Assembly (NCBI GenBank): GCA_964416595.1
Contig: CAYQES010000010.1
Coordinates: forward strand, 9,229 to 73,228
Source: an uncultured Bdellovibrionales bacterium
GTDB taxonomy: Bacteria; Bdellovibrionota; UBA1018; CAIPTA01
Reading direction: 5' to 3'
Length of the DNA stretch: 64,000 nt
The translations under genes and the position numbers were made by a program. The notes under the pieces are model-generated. The model saw only the letters and a list, made by a program, of their open reading frames with translations. It did no database searches and was not told where the DNA came from. Shown here in pieces: positions 19,574 to 29,002 of the stretch (its first letter is position 1; every line of letters starts with the position of its first letter).

Positions 19574-19623
19574 ATACCGTGACCTCTTAAGCCGACGGTA
19601 CCCAACCCCGTCACACGGTATTC
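19574..19623 (-). other. Imperfect nested hairpin between two minus-strand genes (possible terminator/attenuator or small structured RNA)
   Basis: AATACCGTGAC (19574-19584) pairs with GTCAC[AC]GGTATT (19611-19623). A competing inner stem is GACGG (19595-19599)/CCGTC (19609-19613). The minus-strand downstream sequence is moderately U-rich. Confidence 0.3.
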
Positions 19624-19687
19624 GCAGGGGATCGTTTAAGGCAAGTTTAACACACGCCTATATTAAAAAGTAACCTGACACCACTTC

Positions 19688-19942
19688 CTATTTTTTCTTA
19701 AGCAAAGTCGCCGCGAAGATTCCAAATACTGAGCCCATCAAGCAAGAGCATAGACCAAGCGATAAAATGATAGTCCAAAAACCAAATTCGTCTCTAATGG
19801 TCAATGCAGAGACAAAAAACAAAACAATGGGGACTACGATCGAAATCGCATGGGTTCGATATCCTTTCTCGAACACAAAAGTAATGGCGCCACTTATAAG
19901 GCAGGCCACAGCGAAGACAGCAATGATTAAAGATAATTCCAT
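19688..19942 (-). CDS. Small integral membrane protein (3 predicted TM helices)
   Basis: ATG start at 19942 (MELSLIIAVF) is preferred over the TTG at 19981. The product is entirely hydrophobic helices, and I see no recognisable SD. Confidence 0.4.
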   Translation of the reverse strand: MELSLIIAVFAVACLISGAITFVFEKGYRTHAISIVVPIVLFFVSALTIRDEFGFWTIILSLGLCSCLMGSVFGIFAATLLKKK

Positions 19943-20131
19943 GGGGATCGAATATTTCAGCGACCCATGCGCGGTCAACAAGCCAATCTTTCACATATTT
20001 TATAAAGGCAGATTAGCAACCCTCACCAATCCCTAGACTTTACCCACCGCCCGTTCGATTTTCGAACTCGCCTTGGCCGATTTTCAAACATCCACCTTGC
20101 ACCCTCATCTCCTCACAATATAAAAATAAGC

Positions 20132-20587
20132 ATGCGCCCCAATTCCACCACCCTCACCCTCCTCGCCCTAGTCATCTTGGCCGCAGGCCTTGGTTTGTTC
20201 ACCACCGCCTATATGGGCTGCGCCGCTTTGGCCTACTTCCTAATGGTCTGGGGAATCTGTGCGCGCAAAGGCCAGCGCGTTTTGCATCGCCGCCTCATGT
20301 TCTCGGCCATGGGAATTGATCTATCTTTGGTTTTGCTACTCGAGCTCCAGCGGGATGCGATCGGCACCGTGATTTCCTTAGAGATGAATACTCTCCCCCT
20401 ATTGCACGTGCTATTTTCCGCCTTAGCCGTGGTCTGCTATGTTCCCATGATCCTGATGGGGCGAAAACTTTGGGCAGCGGAAAACGTAAAACTTCGCACT
20501 TGGCACCGGCGCATCGGCTGGACCACTTTCCTCCTGCGCTCTTTAGGTTTTTTGCTGATGTTTAGTTTGTTGGAGAAGGCCCCTTGA
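20132..20587 (+). CDS. DUF420-like integral membrane protein
   Basis: 151 aa, 4 TM helices. HVLFSALAVVCYVPMIL and HRRIGWTTFLLRSLGFLLMF resemble the two conserved His-helix motifs of DUF420. Confidence 0.45.
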   Translation: MRPNSTTLTLLALVILAAGLGLFTTAYMGCAALAYFLMVWGICARKGQRVLHRRLMFSAMGIDLSLVLLLELQRDAIGTVISLEMNTLPLLHVLFSALAVVCYVPMILMGRKLWAAENVKLRTWHRRIGWTTFLLRSLGFLLMFSLLEKAP

Positions 20588-20934
20588 GAGCGCTGTATGT
20601 GGGCATCGGGGTTTTAAGTTTAGCTTTAGGCATCGCCGGAATTTTCCTGCCCATTTTGCCCACCACCCCTTTTCTCCTGTTGACCGCCTTTTGTTTTTCC
20701 AAGGGATCGCCCCGTCTCCACGCCTGGCTCCTGAACCACAAACAATTTGGGCCCGTGATTGTGGATTGGCAAACGAGGCACGTGATCCGCCTACCCGTGA
20801 AGATCCTGGCCACGTTTCTTCTTTTACCCACGGTTTTGTTGGCTTTTTCCGATCGTCCCCTGGCTCTCAAAGTGGCTCTCCTAGCACTAGTAGTGGGTGT
20901 GCTCACATTCATTTGGACAAAAAAATCCCAATAA
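20584..20934 (+). CDS. ybaN: YbaN (DUF454) family inner-membrane protein
   Basis: LPTTPFLLLTAFCFSKGSPRLHAWLLNHKQFGP pattern. TTG start overlaps the previous stop by 4 nt. Confidence 0.7.
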   Translation: MRALYVGIGVLSLALGIAGIFLPILPTTPFLLLTAFCFSKGSPRLHAWLLNHKQFGPVIVDWQTRHVIRLPVKILATFLLLPTVLLAFSDRPLALKVALLALVVGVLTFIWTKKSQ

Positions 20935-21016
20935 CAGTCGGTATTTGCGCCAGTTACCGCGTCGTGTTATACGTAAGCCCCGTACCCATAACCGCCCCTC
21001 TAGGCCGAAAGCACCC

Positions 21017-22339
21017 ATGTTCCAAAAGTCTGCCACAAAAAATAAAAACTCGAAGCGTCCTTCGCAACCTAGCTTCTCCGATCGCCGCCCCAAGGGTGGA
21101 AGAGATTATTTCAAACGCCGCAATACGGTTTCCGCCACGGGACCGAAACCCCATCAGCTCACGCAAACCAAGGAAGCCAAAGATCCGGTGCGCACTCTTT
21201 TGCCCGGCCAAGTGAAAGCGGCCGCACCCGTTCTCGAATCTTCCCTCACTTTTGCGGACTTTGATTTGCCCGAAGAATTAGAAAAAGCCTTAGGGGAATC
21301 GGGCTACGAGCGCCCCACTCCCATCCAAGAACAAAGCCTTCCCCATACCCTCGGTGGATTTGATCTCATCGGTTGCGCTCAAACGGGCACGGGAAAAACC
21401 GCGGCCTTTGTGTTGCCGATGCTCACCCGTCTCCTGGAAGACGAAGACGCCCAGGCCCTCGTGCTTGCACCCACCCGGGAACTCGCCGCCCAGATCCTCG
21501 ACACTTTTAAAAAACTCGCGAACCACGCCCGGCACCTGCGGCCCCAGCTCATCATCGGTGGCGCTAGTTTCCACGAGCAAAATCGCATGCTCCGCCAAGG
21601 TCCCCGGATTTTGGTGGCCACCCCCGGACGCCTCGTGGATCACTTACAGCAAAAAACCATCCAGCTCTCCCGCGTGAAATTCCTCGTGCTCGACGAAGCG
21701 GACCGCATGTTCGATATGGGATTTGCCCCGCAAATCGACAAAATCCTGCGGCAAATTCCTAAAGAACGGCAAACCCTTCTTTTCTCCGCCACCTTTAGCC
21801 CTGAGATTAGAAAACTCGCGCTGCGGTCTCTCCGGGAGCCGAAAGAAGTTTTTATCGGCGCTCCTTCCCGGGCCGCCGAAGGCGTGGAACAAGAAATTTT
21901 GGAAATTTCTACGCAACAAAAATTCCCGATGTTGCTCGATGAACTCAATAAACGGGAAGGCACCGTGCTGCTCTTTACGGGCATGAAACACCGGGCCGAT
22001 AAACTCGCCCGCTCTCTCCAGGATTACGGCCATTCCGTGGCCCGCATCCACGGCGGCCGCACCATGGGTCAGAGAAATAGCGCTATCAAAGATTTCCGTA
22101 GCCAAAAAGTGCGGATCCTCGTGGCCACCGATATCGCGGCTCGGGGTCTCGACATTTCCCACGTGGCCCACGTGATCAACTATGATCTACCCCAGGATCC
22201 TGAAGATTATATCCACCGCATTGGCCGCACAGCGCGAGCTGGAGCCCTAGGCAAAGCCCTTTCCTTCGTGACCCACGAAGATAAAGATTCCTGGCGAAAA
22301 ATTTCCCGGCTCTTGGCCAAATCCGGCGCCAAGGCGTAA
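21017..22339 (+). CDS. DEAD-box ATP-dependent RNA helicase
   Basis: Q motif FADFDL..PTPIQ, then AQTGTGKT, PTRELA, DEAD (LDEADRM), SAT, ARGLD, HRIGRTAR. It has a basic disordered N-terminal region. The start is taken at MFQKS (ATG 21017). Confidence 0.92.
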   Translation: MFQKSATKNKNSKRPSQPSFSDRRPKGGRDYFKRRNTVSATGPKPHQLTQTKEAKDPVRTLLPGQVKAAAPVLESSLTFADFDLPEELEKALGESGYERPTPIQEQSLPHTLGGFDLIGCAQTGTGKTAAFVLPMLTRLLEDEDAQALVLAPTRELAAQILDTFKKLANHARHLRPQLIIGGASFHEQNRMLRQGPRILVATPGRLVDHLQQKTIQLSRVKFLVLDEADRMFDMGFAPQIDKILRQIPKERQTLLFSATFSPEIRKLALRSLREPKEVFIGAPSRAAEGVEQEILEISTQQKFPMLLDELNKREGTVLLFTGMKHRADKLARSLQDYGHSVARIHGGRTMGQRNSAIKDFRSQKVRILVATDIAARGLDISHVAHVINYDLPQDPEDYIHRIGRTARAGALGKALSFVTHEDKDSWRKISRLLAKSGAKA

Positions 22340-22349
22340 ACTGCCTTTC

Positions 22350-23510
22350 ATGCAGAAAAAACTTCTTCTCTTAGGCGCAGGCGAACTCGGAAAAGAATTC
22401 GTGATCTCCGCCCAACGGTTGGGCCTCCACGTGGTGGCCGTGGATCGCTATGCCGATGCTCCCGCCATGCAAGTGGCCGATGAGTTTGCCGTGGTGGATA
22501 TGCTGGACGGCGAAGCTTTGGAAAAAGCAATCGCTCAGCACCAACCACAAATCATCATCCCCGAAATCGAAGCCATCCGCACCACGAAGCTCCAGGAGTT
22601 TGAAGCCCGTGGTATCCAAGTGGTGCCCACGGCTAAAGCCGCCCACCTCACCATGAATCGGGATGCCATTCGTGATGTGGCGAGCAGAGATTTAAAATTA
22701 AAAACCGCCCGCTTTGCCTATGCGGAAAGCCAGGCGGAGCTTGAGTCCGCGGCCAAGGAAATTGGTTTTCCTTGCGTGATTAAACCGGTGATGTCTTCTT
22801 CCGGAAAAGGCCAATCGGTGGCGAAAAAACCAGCGGACATCGCCACTTCCTGGAAATATGCCGTGGCCGGCATGCGGGGCGATCAAGCTAAGGTGATCGT
22901 GGAAGAGTTTATCCGTTTTGAGTCGGAAATCACTCTCCTTACGGTGAAACAAAAAAAAGGCCCTACCCTTTTTGTGAAACCCATCGGTCATCGACAAGAG
23001 CGGGGCGACTACCAAGAATCCTGGCTGCCCGCTAAACTTTCTCCCTCCCAATTAAAAGCCGCGCAAAACATGGCCAAAAAAGTGACCGATTATTTAGGCG
23101 GCGCTGGCCTCTTCGGCGTGGAATTTTTTGTGACCAAAAACTCTATCTATTTTTCCGAGCTCTCCCCCCGACCCCACGACACGGGCATGGTGACCCTCAT
23201 TTCCCAAGACTTAACGGAATTTGATTTGCACTTACGGGCTGTGCTGGGATTACCGATTCCAGAAATTTCCTACTGGGGGCCAAGCGCTTCCGCCGTGGTG
23301 CTCGCGGATCGGGAATCGGAGCACTTTCATTTTGAAGGCGTGGAAAACGCTCTAAAGGCCAAACAAACCGAAATCCGCCTCTTCGGAAAACCCGCCACCC
23401 GCCCCTTTAGGCGCATGGGTGTGGCCCTGGCCCGGGGTAAAAACACGAACGAGGCTCGGCGAAAAGCCCGGGCCGCCGCGGGAAAAATTAAAATCATTTA
23501 CGAAAGCTGA
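22350..23510 (+). CDS. purT: Formate-dependent phosphoribosylglycinamide formyltransferase (GAR transformylase 2)
   Basis: 386-aa ATG-initiated ORF with an ATP-grasp pattern: LLLLGAGELGKEFVISAQRLG, VIKPVMSSSGKGQS, ELSPRPHDTGM. Confidence 0.92.
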   Translation: MQKKLLLLGAGELGKEFVISAQRLGLHVVAVDRYADAPAMQVADEFAVVDMLDGEALEKAIAQHQPQIIIPEIEAIRTTKLQEFEARGIQVVPTAKAAHLTMNRDAIRDVASRDLKLKTARFAYAESQAELESAAKEIGFPCVIKPVMSSSGKGQSVAKKPADIATSWKYAVAGMRGDQAKVIVEEFIRFESEITLLTVKQKKGPTLFVKPIGHRQERGDYQESWLPAKLSPSQLKAAQNMAKKVTDYLGGAGLFGVEFFVTKNSIYFSELSPRPHDTGMVTLISQDLTEFDLHLRAVLGLPIPEISYWGPSASAVVLADRESEHFHFEGVENALKAKQTEIRLFGKPATRPFRRMGVALARGKNTNEARRKARAAAGKIKIIYES

Positions 23511-24331
23511 AACTGGGGCTGCTGCTCAAGCTGCGCATAATCCTCGGCGTTAATCGGCTGGATGGAATAATTTTTATCCCGCATGGGAGCGCCGTTACGG
23601 GAAATTTTCACTCGTTCCAGCCAATCTTTTCCTAGTGGCTTTTCGATTAAGCTTAAACAGTTGGAAGCTACTGTTGTTTCCGCTTTTTCCCCAATCACGC
23701 AACCCACCCCCACGTGGAAACCCGCCAAGAGTAGCGTTACTCTCACGGCGGTGGAGCGGGTGTAGTTGGTGAAGAGACAAGGAGTGCTCGGATCCAGACG
23801 TTGGTAGAGATTTGTGAAGTGGGGCAAAGTCCACATCTCCTGATTCCCTACGGGAGAATAGGGATCGTAAAAAATACTATGGGGTGCAGGTAGTTTTGGA
23901 TCTTGCACGAGCTCTTGGAAATCCCCTAAATGTAAGTGCCAAAAAAAGCCTGGCCGAATTTCTACGGACTTTTTTTCTAACAAAGCATGCAGAATTTCTC
24001 GGTGCTTGGTTGGGTAACCCAAAGCACTCGCATTTTCCAAGGCGAAGGTAAGCGGCGCCAAGGTAAGATCAAAGCTATGGATCTCGGCCCTTGCAGAAGA
24101 ATTTTGCAAGTCTTCTACCGCCGCCAAAGCATTGGCCGCGGCTCCTAAGCCCACATCCCAGAGAATAAAATTTTCGCTTTGCTCGGCCCGCTCCCGGATT
24201 CGTTGCTGTTGCACGTGCAAGATATTGGCTTCTATTACGGGGCCCGTGCCCGGATGGAAGGTTTCTTTATGTTCCCGGCAGCGGAGGCTCGTGACCCCGG
24301 ATTTCGTGGTGATGAGCTCGAACTGGCTCAC
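23498..24331 (-). CDS. MnmC-like SAM-dependent methyltransferase family protein
   Basis: FILWDVGLGAAANALA resembles the MnmC-type methyltransferase N-motif, and IFYDPYSP resembles the DxF(S/D)P motif. Confidence 0.5.
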   Translation of the reverse strand: MSQFELITTKSGVTSLRCREHKETFHPGTGPVIEANILHVQQQRIRERAEQSENFILWDVGLGAAANALAAVEDLQNSSARAEIHSFDLTLAPLTFALENASALGYPTKHREILHALLEKKSVEIRPGFFWHLHLGDFQELVQDPKLPAPHSIFYDPYSPVGNQEMWTLPHFTNLYQRLDPSTPCLFTNYTRSTAVRVTLLLAGFHVGVGCVIGEKAETTVASNCLSLIEKPLGKDWLERVKISRNGAPMRDKNYSIQPINAEDYAQLEQQPQFQLS

Positions 24332-24603
24332 CCCTCATACCCCAAAATATCCACGTAGGTGATGCCTTTAGCTAAAGAAGAGGAGGGCTTGGCGGCCTGG
24401 CCCTTGATCAGGATTTTCTTTTCGTAAAAGAGATCTTTAAAGGCCGTGCGGGAAATGCGCTTCAATTCGAGATTGGTCTCTTGGGCCCGAATGGCCTCCA
24501 AAAGGATCGTATCTAAACGGGGCTGTTTGTTGTTCAGCGTGAGGGTGATACGAAAAGAATTTTCCGGGCGCTCGGGTACGTTTTCCATAGCCCTTGATCG
24601 CAT
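24328..24603 (-). CDS. Small S4-like RNA-binding domain protein (hypothetical)
   Basis: RLDTILLEAI...RTAFKDLFYEKKILIKGQAAKPS resembles an S4 fold. It has a 4-nt overlap with the downstream methyltransferase. An alternative start exists at 24588. Confidence 0.35.
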   Translation of the reverse strand: MRSRAMENVPERPENSFRITLTLNNKQPRLDTILLEAIRAQETNLELKRISRTAFKDLFYEKKILIKGQAAKPSSSLAKGITYVDILGYEG

Positions 24604-24719
24604 TGACGGAGGGATTTGTCGAGGAACAAGGCTCGGTTATTTAATCTGAACATAATTAAGAGGCGGTAAAGCCGCGCTGCCTTCCTTGCACCTGGCCTAA
24701 TCCTGCTATACAAACTCCC

Positions 24720-26246
24720 GTGCCCAAAATCCTCGATCTTAAACTCCCCTTAGATGATGATCTAGCCGAGCGCCTGGAATGGCTCATGCCCGGCCACGGG
24801 CCCTACCGCATCCTCCGGCAAAGCGTGGATGCCCGCCAGCGCCACTCCCCCCATTTTGTGTACGCCATCGAAGTGGCCGCCTCCGGAGAAAAACTCACGG
24901 TGCCGGAATTTCATTTTGAAAAAATTTCGAATCCGAAAGAGCGGCCCATCATCGTGGGCTCCGGGCCCGCAGGGTTATTTGCGGCTTTACGTTTCGTGGA
25001 GCGAGGCGTGCCCTGTATTCTTCTTGAGCGCGGTTCCGATTCCGTGGAGCGGATCAAAGGCATTAGCCAATTTTGGCGCCACGGAAAACTCGATCCCCGC
25101 AATAATGTTTGTTATGGCGAAGGCGGAGCGGGCCTTTATTCCGACGGTAAACTCATCACTCGTATTAAATCCCCCCACATCCCCTACGTGCTGAACCGCC
25201 TCGTGCAATTTGGGGCCCCAGAAGAAATCCAATGGCTCGCAAATCCCCACGTGGGAAGCGATCGCATCCGCCGGGTAATCCCAAAAATGCGGGAATTTTT
25301 GCGCTCCCAGGGTTGTGAAATCCGTTTCAATACGCAAGTCACAGAATTATTAGTAGAAGGCAAAGAAGTGGTGGGAGTAAAAACAGAAAAAGGAGAGAAA
25401 ATCTTTTCTCCTTACACCATTCTCGCCACTGGCCACTCCGCAGAAGATATGCTTTTGCACTTACAAGATTTAGGAGTGCAGCTCGAAGGAAAATCTTTTG
25501 CCATGGGCTTAAGAATCGAACATCCCCAAAAGCTCATCAATGAAATCCAATACCGGGATGCGGCCGAGCACCCAAAGCTTGGTAGCGCCAATTACCGCCT
25601 GGCCCACCACGATTCGCAATCGAATATTGGCGTTTACAGTTTTTGCATGTGCCCGGGAGGCTATGTGCTCTCGAGTGGCACCGAAGCTGACGGCATCGTG
25701 AGCAACGGCATGAGCAACTACCACCGAAATTCTCCTTTTGCCAATGCGGCGATCGTGGTTTCTGTGGATCACGAAAGGAATTTTGGCTCCGATCTGTTCG
25801 GTGGCTTGAAACTGCGAAAAAAATTAGAACAGCGGGCCTTCCAGGCGGTGCAAGAGCGGGGCGGCACCAAAGAATTACCGGCGCAAAGATTAGAAGATTT
25901 TATGGCCGGCAGATTGGGAGATGTAATCAAAGGTTCATCGCCCTCCGGCGCCCAAGCGGTGCGTCTCGATGAAATTTTACCCAAAGAACTAAAAAACAAA
26001 ATGCTCGAAGGCCTAAAAAAGTTCGACCGGCAAATGCAAGGCTTCCTCCACCCGGAAGCCCAGCTCTACGGCGTGGAATCCCGCACGAGCTGCCCCTTGC
26101 GGGTTAGCCGAGGTGAAGACGGCCAAAGCCTTTCACACCCCGGCCTCTACCCTGCGGGAGAAGGCGCGGGCTATGCGGGGGGAATCACGAGTGCTGCTTG
26201 TGACGGAATAAAGCTTGCGGAAAAAATTATGGAGCGGATGCTTTAG
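24720..26246 (+). CDS. FAD-dependent oxidoreductase (COG2509-type NAD(FAD)-utilising dehydrogenase)
   Basis: GTG start, Rossmann motif PIIVGSGPAGLFAAL, C-terminal LYPAGEGAGYAGGITSAA. Confidence 0.75.
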   Translation: MPKILDLKLPLDDDLAERLEWLMPGHGPYRILRQSVDARQRHSPHFVYAIEVAASGEKLTVPEFHFEKISNPKERPIIVGSGPAGLFAALRFVERGVPCILLERGSDSVERIKGISQFWRHGKLDPRNNVCYGEGGAGLYSDGKLITRIKSPHIPYVLNRLVQFGAPEEIQWLANPHVGSDRIRRVIPKMREFLRSQGCEIRFNTQVTELLVEGKEVVGVKTEKGEKIFSPYTILATGHSAEDMLLHLQDLGVQLEGKSFAMGLRIEHPQKLINEIQYRDAAEHPKLGSANYRLAHHDSQSNIGVYSFCMCPGGYVLSSGTEADGIVSNGMSNYHRNSPFANAAIVVSVDHERNFGSDLFGGLKLRKKLEQRAFQAVQERGGTKELPAQRLEDFMAGRLGDVIKGSSPSGAQAVRLDEILPKELKNKMLEGLKKFDRQMQGFLHPEAQLYGVESRTSCPLRVSRGEDGQSLSHPGLYPAGEGAGYAGGITSAACDGIKLAEKIMERML

Positions 26247-26817
26247 CCTGTAAACGCCGGCGCAAGACCAAAATTTCCACGGCCATATACACTAGCAAAC
26301 TTCCCGTAAAGCCCACGCCCTTCAGCAAAGCCCAAGCGGAAGTGGACCAAGAAAAAGCAGCCCAGGTGGCAAGGGCCGCATGCAAGCCAAAAAAAATCGC
26401 CATGCGCACCGTGAGGCCCGGCAGTTTTTCTTTTAAAACCACCGGCACATTCTGATTTTGTTTTTCCATCACAGCCAAGAGAAAGGGTTTTTCCAACAAA
26501 AAAGAAGCAAATAAAAATATTGCTAGCCCGCCCTCCATCAATGCCGGCTGTAATTTGAACCAAATTCCATCTTTAGCAAATAAAGAAACAGCGCCGAGAC
26601 CTAAGATCAAAAAACTTGTGACTAAGGTAACAAAGGAAATCCGCCGGGAGCGTATCCATTCCCAGGTCATTTCCCCTACACTAAACACCATGCCAGCCAC
26701 CACGCCCCAAATGATGCCAAATTTTTCTTCGATCACCGTGAAAGCAATCACGGGTAAAAGGCCACCAAAAAGGAATTGCAGCAGTGCCTGCCTTTTAGGG
26801 TCCCGGGCCAAGATCAC
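26227..26817 (-). CDS. YciB/IspZ-like intracellular septation family membrane protein
   Basis: 196 aa, 5 TM helices. The spacing and N-terminal LLQFLFGGLLPVIAF resemble YciB. Confidence 0.55.
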   Translation of the reverse strand: MILARDPKRQALLQFLFGGLLPVIAFTVIEEKFGIIWGVVAGMVFSVGEMTWEWIRSRRISFVTLVTSFLILGLGAVSLFAKDGIWFKLQPALMEGGLAIFLFASFLLEKPFLLAVMEKQNQNVPVVLKEKLPGLTVRMAIFFGLHAALATWAAFSWSTSAWALLKGVGFTGSLLVYMAVEILVLRRRLQAKASAP

Positions 26818-27323
26818 TCCACGCTCTTGATCGCCTTCTGAACGGCGGCCGAAAGTTTTTTGGGATCGTGCCCTTTAGAAACTTTTGTATTTTTTTCCAA
26901 GGGCGCCGTATTGATAAAAGTGGCCTTGGAATTTTTAGGGTTGATCACGGCCAATAGGGGCACGCCGTCCCGCTTTACGGGAGATTTAGAAAGAGCCGCA
27001 ACCCTATCTAACACGCTTAAACCAGAGGCCAATTTTTCTCGCTCTTGGTACAAACCGATTTCTTCCACCACCACATTGGCACCCGGTAAACCTTCTTCCC
27101 CTAACGAAAGCAAACGGTGAATGGAAACGCACCAGGGGCACCAGTCGGCGCCGAACACCACCAAGAGATGTTTATTTTCGGCTTTGGCTTTTTCCCAGGC
27201 AGAATCAAAAATTTTTGCTTGGTCCGTGCACACCCGGTAGATTTTGCCTTTGTCGTCACAGGATTTATTATCGGCCGCAAAAGCGAAATTTCCTAAAAGG
27301 GCTAAAAGTAGAATGAATTTCAT
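26814..27323 (-). CDS. Secreted thioredoxin-fold protein
   Basis: Signal peptide MKFILLLALLGNFAFA and a CxxC redox motif in FGADWCPWC. Confidence 0.65.
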   Translation of the reverse strand: MKFILLLALLGNFAFAADNKSCDDKGKIYRVCTDQAKIFDSAWEKAKAENKHLLVVFGADWCPWCVSIHRLLSLGEEGLPGANVVVEEIGLYQEREKLASGLSVLDRVAALSKSPVKRDGVPLLAVINPKNSKATFINTAPLEKNTKVSKGHDPKKLSAAVQKAIKSVE

Positions 27324-27365
27324 ATGAACTCCTCTTTTTGTAACCCCTTAGTTGTAGCGTAATCA

Positions 27366-27397
27366 TAAAAAAAGGGCGAGCCTTACAAGCTCTCCCT
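27366..27397 (-). terminator. Rho-independent terminator after the 27418-27792 gene
   Basis: The minus strand reads GGGAGAGC-ttgtaag-GCTCGCCC followed by TTTTTTTAT. The stem is 8 bp with one mismatch. Confidence 0.55.
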
Positions 27398-27417
27398 TTC
27401 TTAAAATCAGATTTTTT

Positions 27418-27792
27418 TTATTCTTCTTTTCGCTTCAACACTTGGGATTCACAGCCACCCATTTGGTTGTTCAAGTGCTCGGCCGTTAGCCATTGCACGT
27501 CATATGGATACACTTGATCGCTCATGCCATCGCTGCCTTGGAAATTAAGATTTAATTTCTGCAATACTTGGCCTTTTCTGGTTACGATTTCAAATTGCCC
27601 CGGGCCTTTCACTACAAAAGCAACTCTTCTCGTTTTAGAAACCAACTTCTTTTCTGCATTATCAAACACAGTAAAAGTGTGTTTTTCCATATTGTATGTG
27701 GTGGTGAGGAAAGGCTCCGTGAAGCGGCAGGTGATCACGTCAGCTTGGGCAGAAAGAGAAACAAAAAACAAAATAGCAAAAACAAATTTCAT
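27418..27792 (-). CDS. Hypothetical secreted protein
   Basis: 124 aa with signal peptide MKFVFAILFFVSLSAQA. No recognised motif. Confidence 0.45.
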   Translation of the reverse strand: MKFVFAILFFVSLSAQADVITCRFTEPFLTTTYNMEKHTFTVFDNAEKKLVSKTRRVAFVVKGPGQFEIVTRKGQVLQKLNLNFQGSDGMSDQVYPYDVQWLTAEHLNNQMGGCESQVLKRKEE

Positions 27793-27860
27793 ATATGCTC
27801 CTTAAGAAAATAACAGAGTCGTTTAGATAGAACAAAATGATGCATAACGTCAAATGATTT

Positions 27861-28319
27861 TTACGCAATCCTCCTGCGTCTTTGCATCTCAAATTTTCTC
27901 TGCTGCTGGCTCACCTCTACTAAGGCGGAAAGCTCCGCCGTGAGGAGGGCGATGATATCCCCCACGGCCACAATACCCACCAATTCTTGCTCCGGGCCCA
28001 CGATCGGTAAACGCTTCACACCCCGCTCCCGCATGGTTTGGATCACGTGGGTGACGCTGTCATTTTCATTCACGGTAACCAAACCCGTGGTCATAATATC
28101 TTCTACGGCCAGAGCAGAAGTAGAAGCACCTAAGGCCACCGTTGCCACCACGATGTCCCGATCTGTTAAAATTCCCAGCGGAATCTCACGGCCTAGCTCA
28201 TAATCCACCACAACCACATCACCCACGTGATTTTCTCGCATCACTTTTGCGGCAGCCTCCACGGAACTTTCTTTGGAAATGCTCACCACATTACGCCGAC
28301 CAATTTTCTTTAGATCCAT
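27861..28319 (-). CDS. CBS-pair domain protein
   Basis: 152 aa with two CBS repeats (HVGDVVVVD...GILTDRDIV; VKRLPIVG..LVGIVAVGDI). Confidence 0.8.
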   Translation of the reverse strand: MDLKKIGRRNVVSISKESSVEAAAKVMRENHVGDVVVVDYELGREIPLGILTDRDIVVATVALGASTSALAVEDIMTTGLVTVNENDSVTHVIQTMRERGVKRLPIVGPEQELVGIVAVGDIIALLTAELSALVEVSQQQRKFEMQRRRRIA

Positions 28320-28333
28320 CTTTGCCCCCTAAC

Positions 28334-28759
28334 TCATGCCGCTAAAGCAATTTGCCGCTTTTGTAAAAGACCCTGCACTTCCCCAGTGGAAATTGGACTC
28401 ACGTCGTGGGGAATCTCGTCCCGCACGGTGGCCAAAACCGCCGCAGAAAAACTTTTTCGCAGTTTTCCCAAGAATTTAGGCTCAGCGATCAACACCAATT
28501 CGTCATATAGATGATGGCTCCTGCCATCTTCCACCTTCTGCGCCACAAGCTTAGCGAATTTTGTTGGTGTGTAGGCACGCTTCAATGGCATCTCTACTTT
28601 TTTTTCTTTGCCCCTCCTAGGAGTGCTGAGATTCTCTAAACGCAAAAAATATCCTAGTAGGCCCTTCCGATTGCCACGAAAGATCACCGCCTCCTGGCGA
28701 TTCGCCACAACATACCAGCGCAAAATAGGTAACTGCATATGATAAACAGCTTGTGACAT
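28334..28759 (-). CDS. Host-attachment (Host_attach) family protein
   Basis: Start at ATG 28759 with a GGGAGG SD 5 nt upstream. The pattern WYVVANRQEAVIF ... LVLIAEPKFLGKLR is typical of this family. Confidence 0.55.
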   Translation of the reverse strand: MSQAVYHMQLPILRWYVVANRQEAVIFRGNRKGLLGYFLRLENLSTPRRGKEKKVEMPLKRAYTPTKFAKLVAQKVEDGRSHHLYDELVLIAEPKFLGKLRKSFSAAVLATVRDEIPHDVSPISTGEVQGLLQKRQIALAA

Positions 28760-29002
28760 GTTTACCTCCCACCAAATGAGAGCAAGGAAAATGCCATGGC
28801 AATAGCGGCAAATTGCTCTATTGCCGTTCAATAAATTTTCTCGATGTTTTTATTTTAACAACTACAACTAGAATATATTTATAAAAAACATAAAAATCGA
28901 CGAGTTTATGACTATAAAATAAGCTCACTGTCAAACCTCCAAAGCAAAAAAATATACAATTTTGCACTGTAGAAATGGTGGCCAAACGCTATACTTAGGG
29001 TG

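Noticed and set aside
20691-21215. 174-aa plus-strand ORF spanning the ybaN 3' half and the helicase 5' region.
   Set aside because: It overlaps two better-supported genes in other frames, and its translation is Pro/Ser/Arg-rich without motifs.
21290-22171. Long antisense and alternative-frame ORFs inside the DEAD-box helicase gene (for example 21644-22171 minus, 175 aa; 21290-21643 minus; 21354-21677 plus).
   Set aside because: They overlap a CDS that carries the complete helicase motif set. Their translations are low-complexity (Arg/Gly/Pro/Ser-rich) with no motifs, which is typical of shadow ORFs.
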